From assembly GCA_036517155.1 (NCBI GenBank), contig DATDXY010000019.1, positions 9,913 through 73,912 on the forward strand: DNA of 64,000 bases, read 5' to 3'. Source of the stretch: Minisyncoccota bacterium. GTDB taxonomy: Bacteria > Patescibacteriota > Minisyncoccia > UBA6257 > 02-FULL-45-10c. The notes below the pieces were generated by a model that saw nothing but the letters and a program-made list of their open reading frames with translations, searched no databases and was not told the DNA's origin. The position numbers were made by a program, and so were the translations under genes. Of the stretch, positions 20,769 through 30,040 are shown piece after piece (the first letter of the stretch is position 1; each line of letters begins with the position of its first letter).

Positions 20769-22079
20769 ATGCGTTTTACGCGATCGCAACTTGTGATTCT
20801 TGGCGTTATTAGTTTTTTTGTCGTGGTTGCGATTGGCATGCTGACCGGAATAATTCCCGGCCTTCGCACATCAGAAGATTTTGCTCCAGAACTAGAACTG
20901 AATGTCTGGGGCGTTTTTGATGATAATTATTTTTACGAAAATTTTGCCGCCTATAACGGAACCCGCCGAAATGTCACCATCAATTACAAACAAATCGACG
21001 CAAAGAATTACGAAAACATTCTCATTAATGCCATCGCTGCCGGCGCGGGACCAGACGTATTTATGTTTCACAGCAGTTGGTTGCCAAAACATTCAGACAA
21101 AATTACTCCCGCGCCAAATACTCTGACTCTGGAACAATTTCGCGGCCTTTTCCCGACTGTGGCAGAGCAAGATTTCGCTCCGGATAAGGTAGTCTATGCG
21201 CTTCCTTTATATATAGATACGCTCGCGCTGTATTATAATGAAGAAATTTTTGACAGCGCGGCAATTGCGATACCGCCTCGGAATTGGCTGGAGTTCCAAA
21301 ATATTATTCCAAAACTGCGCCAAATCAATCCAGATGGACAATTGGCGCGTTCCGCGGCAGCCATCGGCGGCACGAATACCACCACGCTTTATGCCAGCGA
21401 TGTATTGAGTCTTTTAATGCTTCAATCGGGAACGCAAATGACCGATCCAACATTTTCCCGAGCTACCTTCGCGGAATCGGTCAATGGATTTTATACTGGT
21501 CTGGATGCGTTGCAATTTTATACCAAATTCACCAATGCCAAAGATATTTACTACGCGTGGGATGAATCACTAGGCAATGCGATAGATGCGTTTGCCCAAG
21601 GAAAAACGGCAATGATCTTCGGCTATCGGGACACGCAGAAACTGATTCAAGAAAAAAGTCCATTACTGCGATTCAAAGCAACCGCGATGCCGCAACCGAA
21701 TCTTACTGACCCAGCGGTCAATTACGCTGATTATTGGGGCTTAGCGGTGTCCGCGAAAAGCCAATGGCCAACGTGGGGATGGGATTTAATCCAAGAATTA
21801 ACAACCAATGAAACTGCCGTGGAAACTTTTTTGCAAACATCCGGTTTACCGCCAGCACTCCGAACGCTTATCCAAAAATACAGTTCGGATCCGGATTTGG
21901 GCATTTTTGCTCGCCAAGCGCTTACCGCCCGATCTTGGCCGCAAATTAATAAACAATTAATAGCGCAAATATTTTCTCAAATGATTGCTGCGGTCGTCAA
22001 TCAACAGTTAGATCCCCGGGAGGCAATTACACAAGCAGAAAATGAAGTGACCGGTTTAATGCAAGTGAAAGGTCCGTAA
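20769..22079 (+). CDS. ABC transporter extracellular solute-binding protein (family 1-like), membrane-anchored
   Basis: 436 aa; N-terminal TM anchor, then AGAGPDVFMF and other motifs typical of sugar-type SBPs. Confidence 0.55.
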   Translation: MRFTRSQLVILGVISFFVVVAIGMLTGIIPGLRTSEDFAPELELNVWGVFDDNYFYENFAAYNGTRRNVTINYKQIDAKNYENILINAIAAGAGPDVFMFHSSWLPKHSDKITPAPNTLTLEQFRGLFPTVAEQDFAPDKVVYALPLYIDTLALYYNEEIFDSAAIAIPPRNWLEFQNIIPKLRQINPDGQLARSAAAIGGTNTTTLYASDVLSLLMLQSGTQMTDPTFSRATFAESVNGFYTGLDALQFYTKFTNAKDIYYAWDESLGNAIDAFAQGKTAMIFGYRDTQKLIQEKSPLLRFKATAMPQPNLTDPAVNYADYWGLAVSAKSQWPTWGWDLIQELTTNETAVETFLQTSGLPPALRTLIQKYSSDPDLGIFARQALTARSWPQINKQLIAQIFSQMIAAVVNQQLDPREAITQAENEVTGLMQVKGP

Positions 22080-22097
22080 TCCGGTATACTAATATTT

Positions 22098-22478
22098 ATG
22101 AAAATTAAATTTTTCGCAATTTTACTTCTACTAACCCTTGCGCTTCCAGCGACATCGGGTGCGGCTGGTTTAGTGCCCTGCAATGGCAACGACTGTGATT
22201 TTTGTGATCTTTTGACGCTTGGAAAAAATCTGATTAATTGGTTTGTGGAAATCTCTTTTGTATTCGCGGTTCTCTTTTTTGCCTGGGGCGCAATTGTTAT
22301 AATGACCGCCGGGGGATCACCGGGGCAATTCAGCAAGGGAACAACTATTATCTACACGGTCCTCACGGGAATTGGTATACTACTATTAGCTTGGGTATTT
22401 ATCGGCACCCTGCTGCAAGTATTAACCGGGTCGCCGTCCAAATTACCCTGGAGCGAAATCCAATGTTCAGTAAAATAA
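22098..22478 (+). CDS. TrbC/VirB2-like pilin family protein (paralog 1)
   Basis: 126 aa; signal peptide (MKIKFFAILLLLTLALPATSGAA) plus two closely spaced TM helices, the VirB2/TrbC topology. Confidence 0.5.
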   Translation: MKIKFFAILLLLTLALPATSGAAGLVPCNGNDCDFCDLLTLGKNLINWFVEISFVFAVLFFAWGAIVIMTAGGSPGQFSKGTTIIYTVLTGIGILLLAWVFIGTLLQVLTGSPSKLPWSEIQCSVK

Positions 22479-22843
22479 ATAAAACTGTATTCCAAAAATT
22501 GGTTTTTCTTAATGGAATCCTCTTTGCCCAAGGAAGCCGTTTTGGCGGGGAAACACCCTCCGCCGGCGGCAGCGTCACTAAAATTTCTCTTCCGGCCGTC
22601 CTTGGCATCCGCACTATCCAGGAACTGATTGATAGAATTATAAATTTTCTCTTGATTATAGGCACTTCCATTTTCACCGGTATGGTTTTATGGGCGGCCT
22701 ATCAGATTCTCACCGCTGGCGATAATCCGGAAAACGCCGCCGCTGGCCGAAGAACTATTTGGCACGCAACGATCGGCTATACCATTCTGTTACTTTCCAA
22801 GGGTATTGTGCTGGTCATCCAAAAAGTCTTAGGCGGCCAATAA
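22463..22843 (+). CDS. TrbC/VirB2-like pilin family protein (paralog 2)
   Basis: Start re-assigned to the ATG at 22463 (MFSKINKTVFQKLVFL…). Two TM helices (IINFLLIIGTSIFTGMVLWAAYQIL and TIGYTILLLSKGIVLVIQ). The track ORF 22238-22843 has an implausible N-terminal extension. Confidence 0.45.
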   Translation: MFSKINKTVFQKLVFLNGILFAQGSRFGGETPSAGGSVTKISLPAVLGIRTIQELIDRIINFLLIIGTSIFTGMVLWAAYQILTAGDNPENAAAGRRTIWHATIGYTILLLSKGIVLVIQKVLGGQ

Positions 22844-22915
22844 ACTGACAAATTTTTCTACGAATGATATACTCTAGACATATCCTGAAAGGTCGAGATT
22901 CAGAATCACACATCA

Positions 22916-23245
22916 ATGAAACAACTTATTAAAAAAATCGCTGCCGGCGCCGCTTTATTGGCTCCGACCGCATTCGCGCAAAATAGAGCGGTACCGCAAG
23001 TTCCGATTTCCTCTACCAATGATATTTTCAATATTATTGACCGGGTGTTGAATTTAGCGGCGACTCTCTTTTTCACTGTCGCGGTCTTCTTTATTTTCTG
23101 GGCAGGTTGGCTCTATCTCAATGGCGCCAGTAATGAAGAAAATTTAGGGAAAGCGAAAAATCAGCTGATTTATGCCGCGGTGGCAATTTTCGTCGGACTG
23201 ATTGCTTTCAGTTTCCCGCGATTAATTGAAAACTTCGTTCGATAA
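22916..23245 (+). CDS. TrbC/VirB2-like pilin family protein (paralog 3)
   Basis: 109 aa; signal peptide (…AALLAPTAFA) plus two TM helices. Confidence 0.5.
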   Translation: MKQLIKKIAAGAALLAPTAFAQNRAVPQVPISSTNDIFNIIDRVLNLAATLFFTVAVFFIFWAGWLYLNGASNEENLGKAKNQLIYAAVAIFVGLIAFSFPRLIENFVR

Positions 23246-23262
23246 GCTTATCTAACAAAAAC

Positions 23263-23302
23263 AAAAAACCCCATCTTAAATTTAATAAGATGGGGTTTTT
23301 GT
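23263..23302. terminator. Bidirectional rho-independent terminator between convergent genes
   Basis: AAAAAACCCCATCTTA…TAAGATGGGGTTTTTGTTTT. Confidence 0.6.
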
Positions 23303-23303
23303 T

Positions 23304-23843
23304 TTAAAGAACAATCATTTCTTTTCGTTGCTGCTCCGCTTTCTTCTTTTTTACCGGCGTCGGTAATTCGTTCTTTCCGGAGGAGTGGGTCTCAATCTGG
23401 ATTTTTGCCAGACCGGATTTTCCCCGCATCCGAAAAGTGCAGCTCGGCAGTTTGGTTTTCGGGAAGTTTACTTGCTGATCCTCAACTCGATACATCTGGT
23501 AACCCTGGGGGGTGATGAAACAATACTCTGCCCAACCCGGAGCATCCACGATGAATTTCGTATTGAGGGGCAAACGAATAATCCCAGACCATGCCTGCTC
23601 GGAAATACGTATTTCCTGTTCCGGCTTTTCCAGGGTGACATTGATGTCAGAAGACCCAAGGTCAATAACGATTTCGACTGGCGTGTTATTGAATAATGAG
23701 TTAATCCATCCAGCAATTTCGCTGCAGAGATACTTTACACCTAAGCCAAAGAGCCAGAACGCCGCGCACACGATAAGTGTGATCCATATTGGTCTTTGCC
23801 ATTCTCGAGGATTAATTGTCTGACTGTTTTTTACCGAAGACAT
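23304..23843 (-). CDS. Hypothetical membrane-anchored protein
   Basis: 179 aa; N-terminal TM (WITLIVCAAFWLFGLGV); overlaps the upstream SPFH gene by 32 nt (co-operonic). Confidence 0.4.
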   Translation of the reverse strand: MSSVKNSQTINPREWQRPIWITLIVCAAFWLFGLGVKYLCSEIAGWINSLFNNTPVEIVIDLGSSDINVTLEKPEQEIRISEQAWSGIIRLPLNTKFIVDAPGWAEYCFITPQGYQMYRVEDQQVNFPKTKLPSCTFRMRGKSGLAKIQIETHSSGKNELPTPVKKKKAEQQRKEMIVL

Positions 23844-24711
23844 GGGTCAATACCTCCTTGATTGCGTTCACAATCGGATCCCTGCTTCCTTTATCAAGAC
23901 CGAAGATCTTGCGATCTTCTTTAATCTTGCCATCCTGAATTTGAACGATCTTGGTGGCATCTTCCATATTTGTCCCGCCATTAGAAGCTTTCACCAATGA
24001 TTTGGCGCGCTCAACAACATTCTTCATTTCGGACAGCCGAGCAAGATTTTCTTGATTGACCGTTTCTTTTTTAACGGTCGCATCATAAAGCTCCTTTGGG
24101 AGTTCAACATCGCCAATAATAAACACTGGCAATTGAACTCCGTAATACTCGCGCATATTCATGCCGCCGTCTTCTCTGGTCGGATCAATTTCAACGTATC
24201 TCTTTTTCAGATCCTTGGCTTTGTCCTCCCATGAGAATGGCTTTCCTTCCACGGCGATTAATGCGTGCTCAATGAAGTCTTTGACCCTGCCAGTAATTTC
24301 AATGCTTTTATCCATCATCGTCTTTCGATTTCCGTATTCTTTTTGAATACTAGTCAGAAAAGATTTCAAGTTTTCTGTAATTGCCTTGAGTCGTTCTTCT
24401 TTTTTGAAGCGACGGAATTGCACAAGATCCTCGACGGAAGGTATAGTGGTGAAATCACAGTCAATTGTGACTGGTTCGCCGTTTTCCGTTTCTAAGACAA
24501 TCATAAAATGATGACTTAGAGTAACGAGATCGGTTTTTGAATTCTCTACTACATTTTCCCAAGGAAACATAAGATGCAAACCCGGTCCAAGCCCCCGTTC
24601 TTTGGTGGTGATGACATTCAATACCACCAAACCCTCGTAACCGCCAACAATTACCCAACACCGTGTAAATAAAATCACTGCGATGAATATGCTGCAGATT
24701 ATCCAGATCAT
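23812..24711 (-). CDS. SPFH/Band-7 (stomatin/prohibitin-like) domain protein
   Basis: 299 aa; N-terminal TM, then V…GYEGLVVLNVITTKERGLGPGLHLMFPWENV resembling the SPFH domain N-terminus, and a long coiled-coil-like C-terminus. Confidence 0.55.
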   Translation of the reverse strand: MIWIICSIFIAVILFTRCWVIVGGYEGLVVLNVITTKERGLGPGLHLMFPWENVVENSKTDLVTLSHHFMIVLETENGEPVTIDCDFTTIPSVEDLVQFRRFKKEERLKAITENLKSFLTSIQKEYGNRKTMMDKSIEITGRVKDFIEHALIAVEGKPFSWEDKAKDLKKRYVEIDPTREDGGMNMREYYGVQLPVFIIGDVELPKELYDATVKKETVNQENLARLSEMKNVVERAKSLVKASNGGTNMEDATKIVQIQDGKIKEDRKIFGLDKGSRDPIVNAIKEVLTHVFGKKQSDN

Positions 24712-24844
24712 TGGTTTAATCCTCCTTATAATTTTTCAACTGATCCGCAAAGCAGACCATAACTATTCTTACCCTATATTATATAACAAATATTGTAAAA
24801 AGTCAATATATCGGTTATATTGAATTACCCTATAATAAAAAGAC

Positions 24845-24926
24845 GCTCCCGTGGCGGAATTGGTATACGCGCATGGCTTAGGACCATGTTCCGAAAGGAT
24901 TAGAGGTTCGAGTCCTCTCGGGAGCA
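24845..24926 (+). tRNA. tRNA-Leu (anticodon UAG)
   Basis: Acceptor GCTCCCG/CGGGAGC, anticodon stem CATGG/CCATG with loop CTTAGGA, long variable arm, T-arm AGAGG-TTCGAGT-CCTCT, discriminator A. Confidence 0.85.
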
Positions 24927-24934
24927 CTTATATT

Positions 24935-26038
24935 ATGAAAACTTTTTTTAGTATTATCATTTTTATAATTATTGGTATCTCCGGATTTTTATTTTTTTAT
25001 CATACGCCAATAACACCGCAAATTCCGGTTTCGCAAATTACCAGCCTACCCAAGGAATCGTCTGCTCAAAAAATCACTCCTCTTCCAACGACTGCGCCAA
25101 AAACCACGGATACGTTTTCCATAACAAACGTTAATGGAAATTTAAAAAGAGGCGAGATAGTTACTATTAGTGGAAATTATTTTGGGAAGCATCCTGATTA
25201 TTCTCCAACACTTCCGGATACTCTTGGTTCCGCTCTGCTTAATTTCGAAAATAACCAATTGACCGGCAATGGGTGGGTTATTGATCAAGCTCCAGAAAAT
25301 TGGCGCCTTTCAAACAATGGAGAAAGATCCAATAGCGCCTACCATGCAGAAAAATTCTATAATCCGATTATCAAAAATCGCCTAGGCAGCATAGAAATCA
25401 CTCAAACTGGCACACCTCATGAATGGTACTCTGTGTTTTGGTTCAAGCTTTTGCCCAATACTCAGGCAGGGAAATTCTTTCGTATTTATGGAGCAAGGGG
25501 CAGTTCGGAAAATATCTATCTTTCTACCGGAGGAGAGAATACAATGATTCGGGGTTTTTCCGAGTGTGTCACCTGCGGGGAAATAAAAACAGTCTGGAAT
25601 TCTCCTAATTCTTTCGGCTATGACCAGTGGCATCTCGTAGAAATTAATATGAAAGAAACTTCTCACACATTCCGGGTATTTATGGACGGCCAATTGCAGT
25701 GGGAAAGAAATAATTGGGTGAATGATCCATTTAATGGGACCGGCCATACCTGGGAAATCGGCCAAATGATTGATGCTCCGGCCAATGGCACTATAGGCGG
25801 CGCCTATGCGTTTGATGATGTATATTTTGACTACACTCAAGCTCGAGTTATGATTGGCAACGATCCAATTTTTGAACAGTCTACGATTCGCGAAATTCAG
25901 GTTCCGACTGAGTGGTCGGATACAACAATTACGATACATTTTAATCCCGGATCATTCTCCTCGGGACAAAAAGTGTATCTCTTCGTTATCAATTCCGATG
26001 GCACCGCAACGGCTGGTTTTCCGATTACTATCCAATAG
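24935..26038 (+). CDS. Hypothetical secreted protein (N-terminal TM anchor)
   Basis: Start re-assigned to the ATG at 24935 (MKTFFSIIIFIIIGISGFLFF…) because the track ORF start overlaps the tRNA-Leu. 367 aa, possibly a beta-sandwich/lectin-like fold; not recognised. Confidence 0.45.
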   Translation: MKTFFSIIIFIIIGISGFLFFYHTPITPQIPVSQITSLPKESSAQKITPLPTTAPKTTDTFSITNVNGNLKRGEIVTISGNYFGKHPDYSPTLPDTLGSALLNFENNQLTGNGWVIDQAPENWRLSNNGERSNSAYHAEKFYNPIIKNRLGSIEITQTGTPHEWYSVFWFKLLPNTQAGKFFRIYGARGSSENIYLSTGGENTMIRGFSECVTCGEIKTVWNSPNSFGYDQWHLVEINMKETSHTFRVFMDGQLQWERNNWVNDPFNGTGHTWEIGQMIDAPANGTIGGAYAFDDVYFDYTQARVMIGNDPIFEQSTIREIQVPTEWSDTTITIHFNPGSFSSGQKVYLFVINSDGTATAGFPITIQ

Positions 26039-26042
26039 TTAT

Positions 26043-26951
26043 TTATTTTCTCCGCCGTCCGTGAAAGCTTTCGTGGACTTCTTTGAGTTCTTTGTTGGTT
26101 AAATGCGTATACACTTGGGTCGTGGAGATATTGCTGTGGCCAAGCATTTCTTGGACCGCGCGCAAATCCGCGCCGTTCATTAATAAATCCGTCGCGAACT
26201 GATGGCGAAGTTGATGCGGTGTGATATTTTTCGTGATGCCGGCTTTGCGGCGATAAAATTCCACTAACCGTTGCACCGCTCGGGGGATAATCCGGCCGAG
26301 CATTTTAGGCGAATCGCCTTTACTTAAACTAACAAACAACGCCTCATCCGCATCACCGCGTTTTTCCAAATAATTCTTAATCGCTTTTTTCGCCCGATCG
26401 GATATGAACACCACCCGGATTTTTTCTCCTTTGCCGCGGACGGCAATTTCTCCGCGTTCCAAATTCACATACCGATCCAGCGCGCATAATTCAGAAATCC
26501 GGAGACCGGTAGAAAAAAAAGTTTCCAGAATCGCCCGGTCGCGCAAACCCCGAAGCGAATCGGTCGGAGGAGCGTTCAAAAATCGTTCCAAATCAGCGTA
26601 TTCAATAATATCAATCTGCCGCCGCGCGATTTTCGGCAGTTCGATTTTATCCGGAGACAACACATCCATGTCCCGTTTGATTAAATATTTCAAAAAATTC
26701 CGGATTGCAATTACGTAATATCCCTGGGTAATTCGTTTCAATGGTTCGCCGTTTTCGGTTTTCGTCCTCGCCAAATGCACTCGGAAATCGGTCACCGTAT
26801 CTTCAGTAATGTCCCGCGGGTCTTTCACTTTTATATACGCAAAAAATGTCTTGAGATAATGCTCATAATTCCGCCGAGTCTTCAAAGACCGGTTTTTCTC
26901 TACTTCCAAGTAATCCAAGTATTCATTAAGGGTTTTGGTAATATCCGCCAT
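26043..26951 (-). CDS. xerD: Tyrosine site-specific recombinase, XerC/XerD family
   Basis: 302 aa; catalytic box R…HxxR…Y with HQLRHQFATDLLMNGADLRAVQEMLGHSNISTTQVYTHL. Confidence 0.85.
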   Translation of the reverse strand: MADITKTLNEYLDYLEVEKNRSLKTRRNYEHYLKTFFAYIKVKDPRDITEDTVTDFRVHLARTKTENGEPLKRITQGYYVIAIRNFLKYLIKRDMDVLSPDKIELPKIARRQIDIIEYADLERFLNAPPTDSLRGLRDRAILETFFSTGLRISELCALDRYVNLERGEIAVRGKGEKIRVVFISDRAKKAIKNYLEKRGDADEALFVSLSKGDSPKMLGRIIPRAVQRLVEFYRRKAGITKNITPHQLRHQFATDLLMNGADLRAVQEMLGHSNISTTQVYTHLTNKELKEVHESFHGRRRK

Positions 26952-27026
26952 ATAGATAGTATATATCTTTTGCGACAGAAAATTGAGCTCTTGCTTTTTC
27001 CGCCAAAACCTGATACCCTATATATA

Positions 27027-27293
27027 ATGCTTACAACTCGACAGAAAATGGGTTTAATGAAAGAATATCGCCAACACGACACCGATACCGGCTCTCCGGA
27101 AGTGCAAGTGGCGCTTTTAACCAAACAAATTGAGGAACTGACCGGACATCTAAAAAAGCATCGCAAAGACAACCATTCCCGTCGGGGACTTTTAAAGATG
27201 GTCGGCAAGCGGAAAAAGCTTTTGGATTATTTGTCTAAAAACAATCCAAAAACGTATTCCAGCACAATTAAAAAATTAGGTTTAAAAAAGTAA
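27027..27293 (+). CDS. rpsO: 30S ribosomal protein S15
   Basis: 89 aa from the ATG at 27027; LTGHLKKHRKDNHSRRGLLKMVGKRKKLLDYL matches the S15 signature. Confidence 0.85.
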   Translation: MLTTRQKMGLMKEYRQHDTDTGSPEVQVALLTKQIEELTGHLKKHRKDNHSRRGLLKMVGKRKKLLDYLSKNNPKTYSSTIKKLGLKK

Positions 27294-27390
27294 TCCCGGG
27301 TTTGCCAAGCACGAATGTATGCAAATGCTGCGAACAAAGAGTGGTTCGCACTATTCGGATATATTCGCGATACGCGAACTCGTATAACAA

Positions 27391-27891
27391 ATGAAAAGAA
27401 AAGATCAGCGGGTCGGCATCTTCGTAGATGTCCAAAATCTGTACCACTCGGCGAAAAATTTATATCACGCTCGGGTCAATTATAAAGAATTAATGAAAGA
27501 ACTTGTGGCGGGACGGTCGCTTATTTCCGCCCATGCCTACGTAGTCAAAAGCGATACCGCCGCCGGGGAAACGTCCTTTTTTGACGCGCTCACGAAGAGT
27601 GGTTTGGAATTGCGAAGTAAAGATTTGCAAATTTACCCGGGTGGCATGAAAAAAGCCGACTGGGACGTCGGTATGGCGGTGGACGCCATCCGAAAATCAG
27701 ATTTAGTGGATGTCGTTGTGCTCGTTACTGGCGACGGCGACTTTATTCCGTTAGTGGAATATCTCAAGTGGGGGAAGGGACGCACGGTGGAAGTAGCGGC
27801 GTTCGGCCGCAGCGCCTCTGGAAAATTGAAAGAGGTGGCAGATGAATTTATTGATATAGAAAAGCTACCCAAAGTAATTTTAAGAAAATAA
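27391..27891 (+). CDS. NYN domain (LabA-like, PIN-related) protein
   Basis: 166 aa; VGIFVDVQNLYHSAKNL…DVVVLVTGDGDFIPLVEYL is typical of NYN/DUF88. Confidence 0.7.
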   Translation: MKRKDQRVGIFVDVQNLYHSAKNLYHARVNYKELMKELVAGRSLISAHAYVVKSDTAAGETSFFDALTKSGLELRSKDLQIYPGGMKKADWDVGMAVDAIRKSDLVDVVVLVTGDGDFIPLVEYLKWGKGRTVEVAAFGRSASGKLKEVADEFIDIEKLPKVILRK

Positions 27892-27902
27892 ACCAATAAA
27901 CT

Positions 27903-29969
27903 ATGGATCTGAATCGAAAACAATTTCAAATGGAATTTGCGGGTAAACCGCTGACTTTGGAGGTGTCCAAACTCGCTGATCAAGCCAACGGTGCCGTCCT
28001 CGGCACTTTTGGCGAAACCACCGTGCTCGCGACTGTGGTTATGAGTGGTCATAACAAAGAGGGTGATTTTTTCCCGCTGACCGTAAATTATGAAGAGAAA
28101 AACTACGCAATCGGAAGAATTCTAGGCGGCCGCTTTATGAAACGGGAAGGGAAATCTTCCGACGAAGCAGTCCTGACTGGCCGGTTGATTGACCGCGCGG
28201 TCCGGCCTTTGTTTGATGCCCGTATCCGCCGGGAAATCCAGTTAATCATCACTGTGCTTTCTTTTGACGGAGAAAATGATCCAGATTTTATCGGCTTATT
28301 GAGCGCTTCCACGGCATTGGGGATTTCCGACATTCCCTGGAACGGACCAGTAGCCGGAGTGCAGATTAAAAAAGATAAAGTTTTTAACGCCTTTGTGTCC
28401 GGCACGAAAGAACGAATCAACATGATTGAAATGGAAGGCGACGAAGCAAACGAAGCGGACGTAGTGAAAGCTTTTGCCGAAGCGCAAAAAGAAATTACCA
28501 AGCTGGTGGAATTCCAAGAAGGAATTATCAAAAAAATCGGCAAAACCAAATCCGCCGTGGAACTGGCCGAACCGGAGGCAAAATTAGTCAAAGACGTACA
28601 GCACTTTTTGAAAGATAAATTGGAAGCTGCGATTTATGTTTCCGATAAGATGAAGATGAAACATAATCTGATTGATTTAAAAACCAAGTTTTTGGCATTT
28701 CTTCAAGAAAAATCCTACACCGAAGCCCAGCTGGTCACCGCCGACAGTTTATTTGAGGAGGAAATTAATAATCTAATTCACGAAAAAATTCTGAAAGAAG
28801 AAAAACGCCCAGACGGACGCAAACTCAATGAACTCCGTGAACTTCACGCCGAAGTAGGTTTATTAAAACGACTCCATGGCTCCGCATTATTTGTCCGCGG
28901 CAATACCCAAGCGCTGGCCATCACCACTCTGGGCGGACCGGGCGATCAGCAATTAATGGAAACGATGAAATTTTCCGGCAAGAAACGGTTTTTACTCCAT
29001 TATAATTTTCCTCCGTTTTCTGTAGGAGAAATCAAACCAATTCGCGGTCCGGGCCGGCGAGAAATCGGCCATGGCGCCCTGGCGGAAAAAGCGCTCCGCG
29101 CTGTTTTGCCGACTTCGGAACAATTCCCGTATACAATTCGTTTGGTTTCGGAAATTTTATCCTCCAACGGATCTTCTTCCATGGCGACAGTTTGCGCCGG
29201 AAGCTTGTCGTTGATGGATGCTGGCGTGCCAATTCGCAAACCCGCCGCTGGAATCGCGATGGGTTTAATGCTGGACGAAAAAGGAAATGATTTCAAAGTA
29301 CTGACCGATATTCAAGGACCGGAAGATCATCATGGCGATATGGATTTCAAAGTGGCGGGCACGGACAGCGGTGTAACCGCTATCCAATTGGATGTAAAAA
29401 TCAACGGCATCACTTCGGAAATGATTGAAAAAACTTTGCTGCAAGCGAAAGAAGCGCGATTGCAAATTTTGAATGTACTCACCAAAGCTTTAGCCGCTCC
29501 GCGTCCGGAACTTTCTCCGCTCGCGCCGAGCATTCTCACTTTGCAAATTGATCCGCTGCAAATTGGCGAAGTTATCGGTCCCGGCGGAAAAATGATTAAT
29601 GAAATTATTGATACGACCGGCGTCACTTCCATTGATATTGAAGAAGACGGAAAAGTATTTATCACCGCGCCTAGCCAAGCCACCGGGAAATTGGCGCTGG
29701 AACGAATCCAGTCCATGACCAAAATGTATTCTATCGGCGACATCGTGGAAGGGGAAGTGGTAAAACTACTGGAATTCGGCGCTATCGTGGAATTCGCTCC
29801 GGGCCGCGACGGCATGGTGCACATTTCCGAAATCAAAGACGGATTCGTAAAAAAAATTGATGACGTGATTAAAGTGGGGGACTTTGTCCGCGCCAAAATC
29901 ATCAAAGCCGAAAACGGCAAAATCGGGCTTTCTATAAAAGCTCTCTCGCAACAGGATTTAGTAAAATAA
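27903..29969 (+). CDS. pnp: Polyribonucleotide nucleotidyltransferase (PNPase)
   Basis: 688 aa; two RNase PH domains plus C-terminal KH and S1 (GDIVEGEVVKLLEFGAIVEF). Confidence 0.95.
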   Translation: MDLNRKQFQMEFAGKPLTLEVSKLADQANGAVLGTFGETTVLATVVMSGHNKEGDFFPLTVNYEEKNYAIGRILGGRFMKREGKSSDEAVLTGRLIDRAVRPLFDARIRREIQLIITVLSFDGENDPDFIGLLSASTALGISDIPWNGPVAGVQIKKDKVFNAFVSGTKERINMIEMEGDEANEADVVKAFAEAQKEITKLVEFQEGIIKKIGKTKSAVELAEPEAKLVKDVQHFLKDKLEAAIYVSDKMKMKHNLIDLKTKFLAFLQEKSYTEAQLVTADSLFEEEINNLIHEKILKEEKRPDGRKLNELRELHAEVGLLKRLHGSALFVRGNTQALAITTLGGPGDQQLMETMKFSGKKRFLLHYNFPPFSVGEIKPIRGPGRREIGHGALAEKALRAVLPTSEQFPYTIRLVSEILSSNGSSSMATVCAGSLSLMDAGVPIRKPAAGIAMGLMLDEKGNDFKVLTDIQGPEDHHGDMDFKVAGTDSGVTAIQLDVKINGITSEMIEKTLLQAKEARLQILNVLTKALAAPRPELSPLAPSILTLQIDPLQIGEVIGPGGKMINEIIDTTGVTSIDIEEDGKVFITAPSQATGKLALERIQSMTKMYSIGDIVEGEVVKLLEFGAIVEFAPGRDGMVHISEIKDGFVKKIDDVIKVGDFVRAKIIKAENGKIGLSIKALSQQDLVK

Positions 29970-30040
29970 TAAGTTAGTCGCTCTGTCTGTGCGCCTACCG
30001 GCAATGGTGGTTAATTAAAATATTTTAATTAAAGCGAGTT

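Noticed and set aside
22238-22843. 201 aa track ORF spanning the second pilin-like gene
   Set aside because: Its N-terminal 75 aa overlap the upstream pilin gene in another frame and look non-protein-like (Cys/Arg/Gly-rich). The ATG at 22463 gives a protein with the same signal-plus-two-TM architecture as its neighbours.
24851-24934. N-terminal extension of ORF 24851-26038
   Set aside because: It overlaps the tRNA-Leu gene (24845-24926). The downstream ATG at 24935 starts a typical hydrophobic N-terminus.
26043-26951. Prophage or integrative-element integrase
   Set aside because: Its length and motifs fit a housekeeping XerC/D-type recombinase. No phage structural genes or att-like direct repeats of the adjacent tRNA-Leu 3' end were seen in the window. 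It is kept only as a low-interest finding.
29330-30004. 224 aa minus-strand ORF, plus several 60-160 aa ORFs on the opposite strand of pnp, hppA, tig and nusA
   Set aside because: They lie entirely antisense to long, well-supported genes with clear family motifs, have low-complexity translations and no RBS. They are treated as spurious.
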